Source: Octopus sinensis
Lineage: Eukaryota
Direction of reading: 5' to 3'
Length of the DNA stretch: 64,000 nt
Assembly: GCF_006345805.1 (NCBI RefSeq)
Contig: NC_043000.1
Location: 63,240,001 to 63,304,000, forward strand
Position 1 is the stretch's first letter, and each line of letters starts with the position of its first letter. Below are positions 26,641 to 39,699 of the stretch, piece by piece. Both the position numbers and the translations under genes were made by a program. The notes under the pieces are model-generated. The model ran no database searches. It worked only from the letters and a program-made list of their open reading frames with translations, and was not told the origin of the DNA.

Positions 26641-26996
26641 AATACTTCAATGGAAACAGACAGTGCAAACTTTGCTTGGCTGAGAGGAAATGATCCTAAA
26701 AAATTTGAACAATCCAGGTATCTTCTTGAATTCAAAAAGTGAAGTTTTTAGTCAATACCTTCACGACAGAAAATTTGCTTTGGAAACCTGGTGTTTGCGG
26801 GGTAGAAAACAGAAATAAGTACACAAACTGACCCATTTCAGCTACAGTTGGAATTATTCAAGGGCTTCAAAGGGAAGTAACTCATTTTTCCCTCTCACAG
26901 AAGGATTTTTTTACTATCAAACTAACCAAAACTGTACATTTACCTCTAGTAGTAAAAGATACTATGTGCTTCCAGCCAGCATGTCTGATGACTTGC

Positions 26997-27082
26997 CTAT
27001 ATTCCCAAGAGCAATAGCAGATGTGAAACCAATGCCAACTTTCTGACCAAATACATGCCATAACCAAGGATATACTACCCAA
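26997..27082 (-). CDS. Candidate internal exon (needs a GC donor)
   Basis: tatattatacag|T...ATAG|gcaagt; 86 nt, phase 2-1; WVVYPWLWHVFGQKVGIGFTSAIALGNI; a competing open frame exists on + (26901-27046). Confidence 0.25.
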
Positions 27083-27744
27083 CTGTATAATATATAGATA
27101 TAAGCACACACACACACACACACACAAATTCAAATTTCACAGAAGTGGAATATGCCTTTCATCCTTTGGGCAGGGAGTCGATGAAATTAGTGCCAGTCAA
27201 GCACTGAGATTGATGTAATTGACTAGCCCACTCTCCCAAAATTTCAGGTCTTCTGCCTATAGTAGAAAGACTTACATACCTAATACTAAGTTATCCAGTA
27301 TGTGCCTCTGTTTTTTGGGGTTTTTTGACACAAGGAGGAAGTTTGAGTGAGATTTTGCTGCTATTTCTAGTAGCCAAGCAACTTGGCTTCCTTATAGGGT
27401 ATTTTCTTTTTCTTTCTTTTGTTAAAAGTAATACCTTTGCCAGTAGCTATTGTGGGAGAATTATTCTTCAATAAAGTTAGAAATAAGTTTGGGTTTATCT
27501 GGAGCAGTGGTTCTCAACTTTTTGTCACTCAGTGCCTTCTTTCACTGAATGGCATTTTAAAAATATCCTGGCAAGTTTTGGAGAGAGAGAAAGAGATTAT
27601 TTTAATTAAACAAGCTAATTTCGCACAGTGGTTATTATCCAAAATTTTCTTGTAATGTCTCTTCTAATTTGTGCAACTTATTAGATATTTGCACAGACTA
27701 GTGTTAGCTATGTTTTATGAAAATTATAAAAGAAGACAAGAGGT

Positions 27745-28104
27745 TTTATAATAGCTTCACACTTTGGCAGAAGGCCAACAATTTTTAGTGGGTGAAGGTA
27801 CATCAATTACATTGATCCCAGTACTTGACTGGTACTTTACTTTATTGACCCTGAAAGGGATGAAAGGCAAACTTGACCTCAGTAGCAAGTGAACTTAGAA
27901 CATAAAGAGATAAAGAGCTAAAAGAAATGCCGCTAAGCATTTTGTCGTATGTGCTGTTTCTGTCAGTTCACTACCTTAAGTGTCAATTAAATAAGTACCA
28001 GTCAAGCACTGGGGTCAATGAAATATTCTAGCCCCCTCCCCAAAAGTTTCAGACTTTGTGCCTACACCTATAGTAGAAAGGATTACTACTACTACTACTA
28101 CTAC

Positions 28105-28149
<45 letters not shown>

Positions 28150-28360
28150 GGCAGTGAGCTGACAGAATTGTTAGAACTGCAGACAAAATGCAGAGTAAAA
28201 ATTCTTCCAGTTCTTTGCATTCTGAGTTCAAATTCTACCAAGGTCAACTTTGCCTTTCATTTTATTCAGAGTTGATAAAATAATACCTGCTGAGCACATA
28301 GGTCAATGCAATCAACTAGTACCCTGCCCCAAAATTGCTGACCAAAATTCAAAATATCAT
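27745..28360. mobile_element. Cluster of SINE family B copies (one -, two +)
   Basis: 27745-27985(-), 27985-28085(+), 28147-28360(+) around a (TAC)(TAT)n tract; further copies at 27140-27270 and 28600-28770. Confidence 0.75.
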
Positions 28361-28941
28361 TGTTATCGTAATTGTTGCATGGATATAGGTTAACCCTGAT
28401 CCAACAGACATCATTTTTCTTTTCTTTTAAGTATAATATATCAAACATTACATAACCAATGTTCTTTCACTTTATTTGGCTGCTATTTCTAGTAGGTCAA
28501 GTAACTGAACAACAGCATTTGTTTCGGCTCATTATTTCTATTTGCAGAGGGTGGTGGAGTTACAGAAAAGTAAAAGCAGCTGACAATAGGCTTACAAGTA
28601 TTTAGTTACAACAACTCTTTATCTTTTGAGCTGAAATCCTGCCAAGGTCAACTTTACCTTCCATCCCTCCAGGGTTGAGAATATACATATAGATGGCATA
28701 CCTCTTAGTGTTGATCCAACTGATTGTGCTCCTCCACAACACCTTTGTGACCTTGTGCCTATGTAAGCCAAGCTGTTCTCACGCTTGCATTGGTGGGAAA
28801 TGCTAAATCTACACTTTTGAAACAATATCTTGTCTATTTCTTGCTGCTTCCTTTTACAGTTATTTAAAGTACTTTCTGCCCTTATTTTACACAAAGTTTT
28901 AATGTCTTTTCTTTATATTATATCCCTGAAACACCCAGCTC

Positions 28942-29034
<93 letters not shown>

Positions 29035-29038
<4 letters not shown>

Positions 29039-29764
29039 GTCATCCTATAATGTAGGTTTTTTATACTGCTTTTATTTTTCAAAATTAAGATGAACAATGT
29101 TCTTTTTTAATCTAAAATATACTCTTCTTCATTCTTGTCACAGTCCAAGAAACGTGCATTCATGAGATGTAACAGCAGAGACAAGAAAAGAGCACGCATT
29201 CACTCTCTGTACACGATTAGACTCAGAAAGTTTGTGATGAACCCACTGACCCAATTTGCTGACTTTTCCAATGGCACATAGGTGTTGTTGAATGGTTGAA
29301 TGACCAAATCCAAGCTTCTCTACTAGTTCCTCAACAGTTATGATGGGATTTTGTTCCACCAGGATGCCTTCATCAAGCTCTACAGATCTTCCAGGATGAG
29401 GCTCGTCTTCTAGGCTGTAGTTCCTGGCTCAGAATATCTGGAACCACCGTTGACACTGGCTTATGCTTAGTATCCGATTCTCATGTACTGCATTAGTATT
29501 CCTTGTACTTTCCATTGCATTGTTGCCTTTATTGAACTCATAAAGCAAAATATGCTGAATATGCTCCTTTGTCACTTCTATTATAGCTTTGAAAAAAATA
29601 ACTGTTAAAATCGAACTGCACTCTTCAAAACTTGCACTAAGAATAAGGCCACAAGATAAAATTACTACCTGCTTTTATAGCAAGTTGATGCCAGTAGTTT
29701 ATCCCGTACCCCTCTGAATTTTAGTTCATGCAATTGAAAAAACTGCATTATTTATGTGATCTAA
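29035..29764 (-). mobile_element. Internally deleted mariner transposon
   Basis: TIRs ttgggtcatcctataatgtaggtttttt / aaaaaactgcattatttatgtgatctaa with TA TSD; EVTKEHIQHILLYEFNKG..CQRWF..LVEQNPIITVEELVEKLGFGHST..KLGQWVHHKL, then jumps to EYILD*; catalytic domain deleted. Confidence 0.92.
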
Positions 29765-29954
29765 TACATAACATGTTTGTGCAACTGTATAAGGTTTTTG
29801 TAAACCTCTATTGGATATACTTGAATGATGATATATGTAATTGCCTTCACTCACTCAATAAAATAAATTATTATTTTTTATCATTATTATTATCATCATC
29901 ATCATTATCATTATTATTATCATTATCATCAACATCATCATCGTTATTATTAAA

Positions 29955-30161
29955 AAGGTGGCAAGCTGGTAGAATTGTTAGCATGCCAGGTAAAATGCTT
30001 AGTGGCATTTTGTCCGTCTTTACATTTTAAATTCAAATTCTGCTGACTTTCCCTTTCATCCTTTCACGGTCAATGAAGTACCAGTTGTGCACTGGGGTCA
30101 ATGTAATCAACTACCCTCTCCCCAAAAATTTCAAGCCTTGTATCTAAAGCAGAAAGAATTA

Positions 30162-30195
<34 letters not shown>

Positions 30196-31262
30196 CATTA
30201 TTATCATTATTATTAAAGCTAAGACAGCAAGCTGGAAGAATTGTTACCATGTCAGGCAAAATGCTTAGCAGTATTTCATTCATTTTACCTTCCAAGTTCA
30301 AATGTTGCCAAGGTTGACTTTGCCTTTCATATTTTCAGCATTAATAAAGTAAGTACCAATTGAGCACAGGGCTCAATGTAATTGACTTAACCCCTCCCCT
30401 AAAATTGATGGCCTCGTGCCAAATTTTGAAACCATTCCAATAATTATTATTATTACTACTACTACAATAAGGCAGCAAGCTGGCAGAATTTTTAGCACAC
30501 TAGATAAAATGTTTTGCAACATTTCTTTTGGCCTTAGGTTCCAAGTTCAAATTTTGCTTTTTCTCATTTCAGTATTGATAAAATATGTACCAATTGAGCA
30601 CTGCGATCAATATAATCAGTTAGCTCCCCACCTCCACCCCAAAAATTTCAGGCCTTGAGCCTATAGCAGAAAGCATTATTATTAAGAGTAGTGAATTGAA
30701 AGGACCATTGGACAAAATGGTTTGAAGTATTTATTCCAGCTCTTTACATCCTGCATTCATATCCCTCTGGGGTCAATAATATAAAGTATGAGTCAAGTAG
30801 CAGGATCAATGTGATCAAATAGTATCCCCCACTTAACATTACTAGCTTTGTACCTATATCAAACAATATTTTAAGGACAGAAAGTGGCAGAATTATTAGA
30901 GTTGGATGAAATGTATTGTGGTATTTCTTCCAGCACTTTACATTTTGAGTTCAAATCCCACCACGGTCAACTTTGCCTTTCATCTCTTCATGATCAATAA
31001 CATGAATGCCAGTTGAGCACCAGGATCGATGTAATCAACCATCCCACTCCCCTAAAATTGCTGGCCTTGTGCCAAAATTTGAAAGCATTAACGACAGCAA
31101 GCTGACAGGATCATTAGCATGTCAGATAAGATGTTTAGTGGCATTACTTTTGATCCTTTACATTACGAGTTCACATTCTCCTGTAGTCACCTTTGCCTGT
31201 CATCCTTTCAGGGTCAATAAAATAAGCGCCAGCTGAGCACTTGGGTTGTAATCAACTATCCC
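29955..31262 (+). repeat. Head-to-tail array of six SINE family B units
   Basis: Units start near 29955, 30215, 30470, 30680, 30870, 31090; (TTA/TCA)n linkers; each retains ctggcagaat..gagttcaaat..gcctttcatcc..agtaccagttg. Confidence 0.85.
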
Positions 31263-31264
31263 CT

Positions 31265-31309
<45 letters not shown>

Positions 31310-31816
31310 TCATCATCATCTAATTTAGTAATATTGTACAGATGGGTGCGCAGTATAGATACTATTCATGTATGTACATTATATCTACCATTTGTTTGAA
31401 AGTTCCAAAGTAATAAAAACATCTATCTTCCATCAAGTCTTCCTCACTTTGTTGCTACTTGAAACAGTTTTTCAGCTAGCCTACATCTTTTCTAATGACA
31501 TGTTTCAACCAATGCAGACATATGTCTTCTATCAAACAATGAATTCAATACTAGAAATGATTTTTCTTAACCTGTTTGTAATACTTCACAACCAATATGT
31601 TTATGTGAGTGCATATGTACTTATGTATACATATGCATATACAGAGAAACATATGTGGTTAGTCTTACATATTGTATGATACACATGTTCACAGACACAA
31701 TAGCAATCATACACAAGAACAGAGTCAATTGAATCAACTATAAATATTTTACTGAAACTTCTTTAATTTACATATACTTCTGCATTTTATATATAAGTTG
31801 AGAAGTGAAAACATAC

Positions 31817-31873
31817 TCAAAATAGTGTACTGGTGCATGAAATTTCATACTGTGAAATACCAAGCTCAGCTCC
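31817..31873 (-). CDS. Candidate internal exon
   Basis: ttcttgtagcag|G...TTTGA|gtatgt; 57 nt, phase 2-2; ELSLVFHSMKFHAPVHYF(D). Confidence 0.25.
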   Translation of the reverse strand, partial: GAELGISQYEISCTSTLF

Positions 31874-32019
31874 CTGCTACAAGAATAACATCACTAGTCA
31901 ACACACACATACATAATGCATTAAGTCCTTTCTTTATTAATTGGTTGATTGCCAATGCCTTTCTTTACTATAGAATATAGAGAAAGGTGTTTATAAATTG
32001 ATTAAAATTTATAAAAAAG

Positions 32020-32200
32020 GTGCAGGCATGGATGTGTAGTTAAGAAACTCACTTTGTAATCATATGGTTTCATGTTCAATTTCACTGTGCAGTACCTCGG
32101 GCAAGTGCTTTTACTATTGCCCTCCCCACTGGGCCAACCAATGCCTTGCAAGTAAATTTAGTAAACAAAAACTGTGTGGAAGCTTGTCATATGCATGTAT
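32020..32200 (+). mobile_element. SINE family A, 5' half
   Basis: ggtgcaggcatggatgtgtagttaagaa..ggcaagtgc; fragments also at 32945-33070 and 33105-33240. Confidence 0.75.
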
Positions 32201-32300
32201 GTATGTATGCATCTATCCATCCACCCATCCATCCATCCATACATACATACATGTGATACCCAGGGTATATGGCCTCCTTAGTGTGTAGGTCTGCATCAGC

Positions 32301-32527
32301 TTAAACCATTAGCATTTAGACTTCTTTGTCAGATGTATAGTTTATTTATTCACATTGTTTTGAATTAATCCTGCATTAATCACAGCTTTGAGATTTAAAT
32401 CACGTGACTGTTTATTTTTCGAAAGACATTGTCTGATAAGTGTGAGAGGCTGTTTCTATTCAGTTTGAACATAAAACAAGTAGAATATTTGGGCTGGATA
32501 TGGCTGGTTTAAATGCTATAGGGTTAT
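32301..32527 (-). mobile_element. piggyBac-type MITE (family E)
   Basis: TTAA|accattagcatt ... gctataggg|TTAT. Confidence 0.75.
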
Positions 32528-33809
32528 ATATCAACATATCAGATTGGGAAGAGGAAGTTTAAATGAGAGGTGGTAGAATTAAGGAAAATAATAGCCACTG
32601 TGATAGACAGTATTGAATATCAAATTTTGGATAGAAGTTTGAATGAAGAGGCAAGGAGATTAGAAATAGTACAGGGTAAGTGGTGGGGATCTGACAGAGA
32701 TAATAAATTACAAAGTAAGGGTTTGAGTTAGATAATATAACCACTTTATATCTTGACTGGGATTAAAAAGTAGATACATATTTTAACATACCTCAAAACA
32801 TCAGTACACAGAAATGTGTGTGTGTATATACATCCCATATACAAACAAATGAATGCATATGTACACACACATACAATCATTTAGGGATACAATGTTCTAC
32901 ATATATACACCTGGTGTAAGTTTATTAACATCCTTATGAATTAGAATTTTGGCAAAAGAGACCAATAGAATAAGTACCAAACTTAGAAACTAGGTACTGG
33001 GTTTGAATTGTTCAACCAAACCCTTGAAAGCAGTGCCCCAGCATGGCCACATAACAGGAACCAGTAAAAAATGAGACGTATTTTATCTGTAATTTGCTTT
33101 ATGGAGGGCATAGCTGAGTGTTTAAGAATTCTTCTTCACAATTACATGGTTGCAGGATCAGTCTATTATACAGCACTTTTGGCAAATAACTTCAAGTACA
33201 GCTTTGTGAGTGAAATTTGGTAAACAGATGAACCTGTGTGGTAAAGTCAGAGATCATTCATTGCCATTCTAAGGATGTCCATATTAACACCACTACCCAG
33301 CTTTATTTTGTGTGTTTTTAGCATTGTCAGTATTCAGACAAGAACACTCATCAGAAAACTTCCTCCCTTCCACCCACCAATTTTTAATGCCATAAAAAAG
33401 GTTATGGTCCCTACTCTTCTACTTCATATTAAAAAAACTAAAACAAAAAATAGTTATCATAAAATCGAAGTGAGATATTCGTCTTTCTCATTGTTTTAAA
33501 ATCCACTTTTCCCAGACTCACATCAACAAGATAGAATTTGTTGTGGCAGATTTTCTACAGCCGGATGCCCTTCCTGTCATAAACCCTCACATGTTTCCGA
33601 AAGGACAAGGTAATATTTCTAAAAAAAAAAACAAACATGTTTTCTCAGAAAAATGGAAATGAAGGCCACCATTTCTATGACGGTGACACTTGTCTACAAT
33701 TATCACAATAATATCAAGACAAGGAGATAGTAACCAACACACATATATGAATATACATATATCTACAAGCATAAATACACACACACATACACACACACAC
33801 ACACCAGCA

Positions 33810-34090
33810 CTCCATCAGCTATGACAATGATAATCTGATTAAAGGAACAGCCTGCTCGTGAAATTAATGTGCAAGAGGCTGAGCACTTCACAGGCACACG
33901 TACCCTTAATGTAGTTCTCAAGGAGTTTCAGTGTGACAAGGCTGGCCCTTTTGAAATACAGGTACTACTCATTTTTGCCAGCTGAGTGGACTGGAGCATA
34001 GAGAAATAAAGTGGGTTTTTTGGGGGGTTTTTTCAAGAACACAACACACTGCTGAGAGAGCATGAGCCAAGCACCCTAACCACTAAGCAC
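33810..34090 (-). mobile_element. SINE family C
   Basis: aacagcctgctcgtgaaattaa..gtgtgacaaggctggccc..cagctgagtggactggagc; matches 49615-50001 and 50485-50765. Confidence 0.8.
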
Positions 34091-34541
34091 ACACACACCC
34101 ACACACATGTCAGGATTCTTTCAGTTTCTGTCTACCAAATTCACTCACAAGGTTTTGACTGTCTTCTACTAAGAAGACAATTTCCTAAGTTCCATGGAAC
34201 AGAACTGAACCCAAATATATGTGGTTGAGAAGCAAATATCTTAACAATAATTATTTACACAGTTTAATTATGCTACTGCTATGCTAAGTAACTGATAAAT
34301 AGCACTAGTGTTTAGTAATTTAAATAGTTTAATTTTTTTCTTTGAATAAAACTTTGTTTAATCTCTTTGCTATATCATTTCAATATTCTTTCACAATGTT
34401 AGGAATAAAACAGGTTAAATAATCTAAACTAGGTGGAAAATCAAATTACAAATTAAAATTTTACAACTATGAGGGAAATCAAATAACAACATCACATTGG
34501 ATTTATTTTCTTATATGAAGAGAGAAAGAAAGAGACAGGGA

Positions 34542-34579
<38 letters not shown>

Positions 34580-35572
34580 CAGACAGACAGGCAGGCAGAT
34601 AGATACAGGCAGAAGCAGACTAAAAAAGACAAATACAGCCAAATAGTTACAGATATGCATGCATATAAATAGGATTATAGACAAGAGAGATTTGAGGGAC
34701 AGGTTGAGAACAAATGAAAGTATCTGGTCAATATAAAACAATAGAAATAGTCAGACAATGTATAGCAGTGTGTGTGTGAGTGTATGCGTGCATGAGCGAG
34801 TGGTGTGTGTGTGTGTGTGTGTGTGTATGGGCATGCAAAGCTGGTGGTAGATAGTGAATGTTATTGAAAACATGTCTAAGCTCCAAGGTATTTCTCTATT
34901 AACAATTTCTTTGTTCTTTCTATTAAATTTGGATTGATACATTTTCTAAATTTGGATCAATACTTTTTCTAGATCCATTAACATTTTAAGACCTTCTTAG
35001 TTTTATCTTCTGAGAGAAATACTTGTATGTTGTTGATGGTTACCTCCAAGTCAGCTCTAATTGAACAGATCTATGATCACAGGCATTCCTGCCAGGACTA
35101 ACCAGTCATATTCCTATGTGTAGGATGCACAGGACCATATATCCAACAAGTCTTCTTTTCCTTTCATTTTAAGTTAGCGGAGTATGATTTTCAGACGACT
35201 TAGTTGCTGTTTCTAGCAGGCCTAGAAACCAAGTAGAGGATTTGGTGATCCAATTACACATCAATGGTTTTCTCTTTTGATCAATCTATCCAGGTTAGAT
35301 AACTTTATATTCATACTGTTCATGACCCATGGTGTTACTGTTTTCTAATGCCTCATGCATGCTTCAACACACACATTCACTTCTAAGCAACATGTTTATT
35401 ACAGGTATAACCTGGCTTCGCTTTCACACTAATAGGAGTCATTGCTAATTTTCCTCATTTTTTCTTATGTGATATGTGACAAAGATCAGTTGTAGCATTC
35501 TTCATTTAAAAAAGATCATTAAACTGAATCATAATCTATTAATAATATATATGCAGTAATACTGCTCCTTAC

Positions 35573-35605
35573 AAACTTGCTTCTCATTAAAAATAATCCA
35601 CAAGT
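35573..35605 (-). CDS. Candidate small exon
   Basis: tttaatctcacag|AC...GTTT|gtaagg; 33 nt, phase 1-1; (N)LWIIFNEKQV. Confidence 0.25.
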
Positions 35606-35768
35606 CTGTGAGATTAAACTTCTTGTGACAAATGAATTGTTCAATTTCAGTTGAAAGCATGAAAATTGTTGACTTCAAAACATTAAGCTAAATTAAAACT
35701 GGACCATATTCAGGTTTTCACTAAAACCTGGTTGAAAGACAAATCAGTAATTTATACTATACCCATAA

Positions 35769-35843
<75 letters not shown>

Positions 35844-35849
35844 CAATTC

Positions 35850-36030
35850 ACAAAAAAACAAATGACGAAGACAGGTGGTGTAGACAACAAACAGATGTAT
35901 TAGTATAACACTCAGGAAGTGAAAAAGTCTTTAACGTTTCGAGACTACGCTCTTCCACAGAAAGGAACACAGGAAGAAACAAGGACAGAAAATAAAGAAT
36001 GTGTAGTGGCTAGCGATCTATCATGGCGAT
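35850..36030 (-). mobile_element. Solo repeat with a minimal hammerhead-like motif
   Basis: Minus strand CTTT-CTGTGGA-A-GAGCgtagTCTC-GAAAC-GTT-AAAG (35929-35964). Confidence 0.55.
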
Positions 36031-36449
36031 ATATATATATATATATATATATATATCATCATCATCATCATCATCGTTTAACGTCCACTTTCCATGCTAG
36101 CATGGGTTGGACGTATGACTGAGGGCTGGCGAACCAGATGACTTTACCGGCTTCAATCTTGATCTGGCAGAGTTTCTACAGCTGGATGCCCTTCCTGACG
36201 TCAACCACTCTGAGAGTGTAGTTGGTGCTTTTACGTGCCACCAGCACGGGGCCAGTCAGGTGGCACTGACAATGACCTCACTCAAATCTTTTACACATGC
36301 CACCAGCGCAGGTGCCAGTAAGGCGATGCTGGTAACGATCATGCTCGAATGGTGTTTTTACGTGCCACCGGCATGGAGGCCAGATAGCTGCTCTGGCAAC
36401 GATCACGCTCGGATGGTGCTCTCAGTACCCTACTAGCACGGGGCTCGAG

Positions 36450-36528
<79 letters not shown>

Positions 36529-36531
<3 letters not shown>

Positions 36532-36750
36532 GGGCAAAAGTAGGTATACTGTTATGAAAAGAGAATACTCATTTTTATTTAAAAAATTAAAAGTTAGCCT
36601 CATTTTTTTATATTTTCAGTGTCATTAATCATAGTAATACATTTATCAAAACCATAATAATATCTTTATAACTTTTAATTTTTTTCATAAAATATGAGTA
36701 TTATCAGGTTTTCTCTTTTCATAACTGTATACCTACTTTTGCACCTCACT
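36529..36750. mobile_element. Tc1/mariner-type MITE
   Basis: About 35-bp TIRs gg(g/t)gcaaaagtaggtatac(t/a)gttatgaaaagagaa. Confidence 0.8.
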
Positions 36751-36777
36751 ATGTGTGTATGTATATATATATATATA

Positions 36778-37045
36778 TGTAAATGTAATATGTGACAATT
36801 ATTCGGTAGCTAAGATAAAACTGAGTTTCGGATACCGAGGCGGAAATCCACACCACCATCTCTTCATTCCGATGGCCGGATAACTGAAGAGATGGTGGTG
36901 TGGATTTCCGCCTCGGTATCCGAAACTCAGAGTTTTATCTTAGCTACCGAATAATTGTCACATATTACATTTACAGATAAATTCCTCTATTTACATAATA
37001 TTGAGGTCTCTTTCTTTCTTTTGTTATCTTACCATTTTTACCAAT
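36778..37045. mobile_element. Fold-back element 2 with a near-canonical type I hammerhead
   Basis: Arms 36778-36866 / 36885-36975 identical except a 2-nt indel; 18-nt spacer; right copy continues as a tail to about 37045. Confidence 0.85.
36878..36940 (+). ncRNA. Type I hammerhead ribozyme candidate
   Basis: GGATAA-CTGAAGA-[irregular stem II]-GAAA-CT cag AG-T-T-TTATCT; stems I and III pair; GUU triplet, predicted cut 3' of 36934; one extra C before G12. Confidence 0.65.
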
Positions 37046-37520
37046 ATAATATATATATATATCTATATATATGTGTGCGTGTGTGTGAGAGAGAGACAGA
37101 GACAGGCAGACAGACAAGATATATACAAACTGATACATATCTGTATGTGTGTGTGTGTGTGTGTGTATGTGTGAGGGAGAGAGAGTAAGCGTTCATCAAA
37201 AATAAAAATGTAAAAAAATTTTTTTCTTAAACATGAGATATAGTCTTCAAATTTAGGATATTTTTGAAAGGCACTATATTTTATAATCAGATTATATATA
37301 CTTTCTCACACAACAATTAAAATATATTTATTTTAAATTGTTCATCTTTCTCACACACACACCCACACATTACTTTGGGCACGAAAGAGTTTTGTTTTTA
37401 TTTTACGCTGAGGTAAAAAGTGTTTTGTTGAGAATCCATTTATCTAACAACAAAGAAACAAAGAGGTAGGTAATAATTTGTTAGTGAATTATACAATATA
37501 AATGTCATATTTTCTACTAT

Positions 37521-37832
37521 ATCTGTATCTATAAAAGGTAGGGATATGTGTGTATGTGAATGTAATTTATGCACATCCACAAATGAACACGCATGTTTCT
37601 CCAATTTTAGGAGGACATTGTTCACTACCATGGCTGTGTTTTTGTCAACTTATTTTTCCTGAGATTTCCCAATCAAATTGTCTGCTACCCATTTTCAGCC
37701 AAATGTTTACCAACTTCAACAGATTTCACTCAAATCTGACGTTGTTGTTGCTTAGTTTGGTTTGAAGCAAAGTGCTACATTAGCGTAATAATCCTAACTT
37801 AGTCCCGGGCAACGCCAGGCTATACTGCTAGT
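37521..37832 (-). mobile_element. Helitron-like non-autonomous element
   Basis: One end aACTAGCagtatagcctggcgttgcccggg; other end cacacatatccctaccttttatagatacagat. Confidence 0.5.
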
Positions 37833-38827
37833 TATACATAAGCATGCATATGAATAGGATTAGACAAGAGAGATTTGAAACAGGTTAAGAGCAAATGAAA
37901 ATATCTGGTCAATATAAGACAACAAAATAATAGCACTAGTTAGATAATGGATGATGAATAAATGATAAATACTGAATTAAAGAGTAGCATAGAATGGTGA
38001 GCAGCAAGTGTACAAATTAGAATTAGACCAGCAAAAACTTAATATAAATATAGAAGAAAGAGCATGAGAAGGGCTGAGAGATGGGATAGCTCAGAGTTGA
38101 CACAATGTAATATATGTAAGCATAGGAAAACAGATACATTTTAAATAGATGTGGGTGAGGAAGAAGATAACAACAACAGCTCTGACAAAAGCAATTGTTA
38201 TTTTTTTATTGTTTAACCCCAGGACAACTGTGATCAAGCAGAGCTGTGATGACAGGTATCCTAATGGTGATTATAGAATCATTTTATGAATATTTAGGAC
38301 TAAATTAGCTTTATTTAAAACAGTAAAGGAGGCTGTTTGAGACATGGCTCATCATTAAGCAGACCACACTACTAAAAAAATTCAAGGCAACTTTTCATTA
38401 GGCGTACCATGCAGAAAGACCCGCAGGCCAAATGCAGCTCACAGGTTGCCCATGAATGCAGTAAAGTTTAAATTCAGGGACATTTCAGCATTATTTATAG
38501 CTACTCTTACAGTAAAAGTTTTTATGGATGTGGATGTGCAGCTTGCTTTTCCCAGTGTCACAGAAGCATTATTATAGATTAAATTTACTCTAAAATTCCT
38601 TAATAGTTCTACATCAAGCCATTTCGTAGTAACCAGTCAGATCAGAAACATTGCAGTCTCCATATGATGATTCATTCTCAGGAAATAATGCTTTGTTTTT
38701 AGAAAGCATAAATATATTATTCTTTTACTGGTTTTGATTTTTGGACTATTTACTCAATGGCTAGGTTCTTGGTGTAAAGAGATATAACTCAATGCCACAA
38801 GTATAAATTCAATGCAAGAAATGTGTA

Positions 38828-39202
38828 TATTCTTTATTTGTTTCAGTCATTTGACTGTGGTCATGCTGGAGCACTGCCTTTAGTGGAGCAAATCAACCCC
38901 AGGACTTATTCTCTGCAAGCCAAGTACTTATTCTATCGATCAGTTTTGCCAAACTGCTAAGTTACAAGGACGTAAACATCAGTTGTCAAGTGATGTTGGG
39001 AGGATGAATACAAACACACAAACATATACACACACACACACATATATATACGACAGGCTTCTTTCAGTTTCTGTCTACCAAATCCACTCACAAGGCTTTG
39101 ATCAGTCCAAGGATATAGAAGACACTTGCCCAAGGTACCACGCAGTGGGACTGAACCCAGAACCATGTGATTGGTAAGCAAGCTACTTACCACACAGCCA
39201 GT
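38828..39202 (-). mobile_element. SINE family A, near full length, well preserved
   Basis: Reverse complement of full consensus. Confidence 0.9.
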
Positions 39203-39388
39203 CATATATTTTTTCCAAATTTGTGTAAATGATAATGATGATGTGCATAGAATAATATATCAGTTGAATATAGTTACAATATGGTCTGGTTTTCACACTT
39301 TTTATTATTGTATTTTAATAAATTTTTTGCACTGTTGAAATAAAATATTTAGTAATGTTCATAAAATTCAATAGAACACAGCCAATCA

Positions 39389-39441
<53 letters not shown>

Positions 39442-39699
39442 ACACACACAAACACACATGCACAAATATGAGGACACAGGCATGAACTCATGATTGCAAC
39501 ATTGTGGTTTTGATTCCTGGGCCAGGCAATGCATTGTGTTCTTGAGCAAAACACTTAATTTCATGTTGTTCCAGTCCACTCAGCTGGTAAAAATGAGAAA
39601 CTCTGCGATGGACTAGCATCATGTCTAGGTGAGGAGGTATATGCCACAGAATCCAAGAAACTGACCTAATGAGCCTATGGCTTGGGATGGACCATTCAT

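Noticed and set aside
24778-27082. Resemblance of VFGQKVGIGFTSAIA..DIFVINY to my recollection of CATSPERB, or to an FG-GAP repeat
   Set aside because: Short, memory-based match needing a large gap; no other motifs of either family found in the window, so no gene symbol given.
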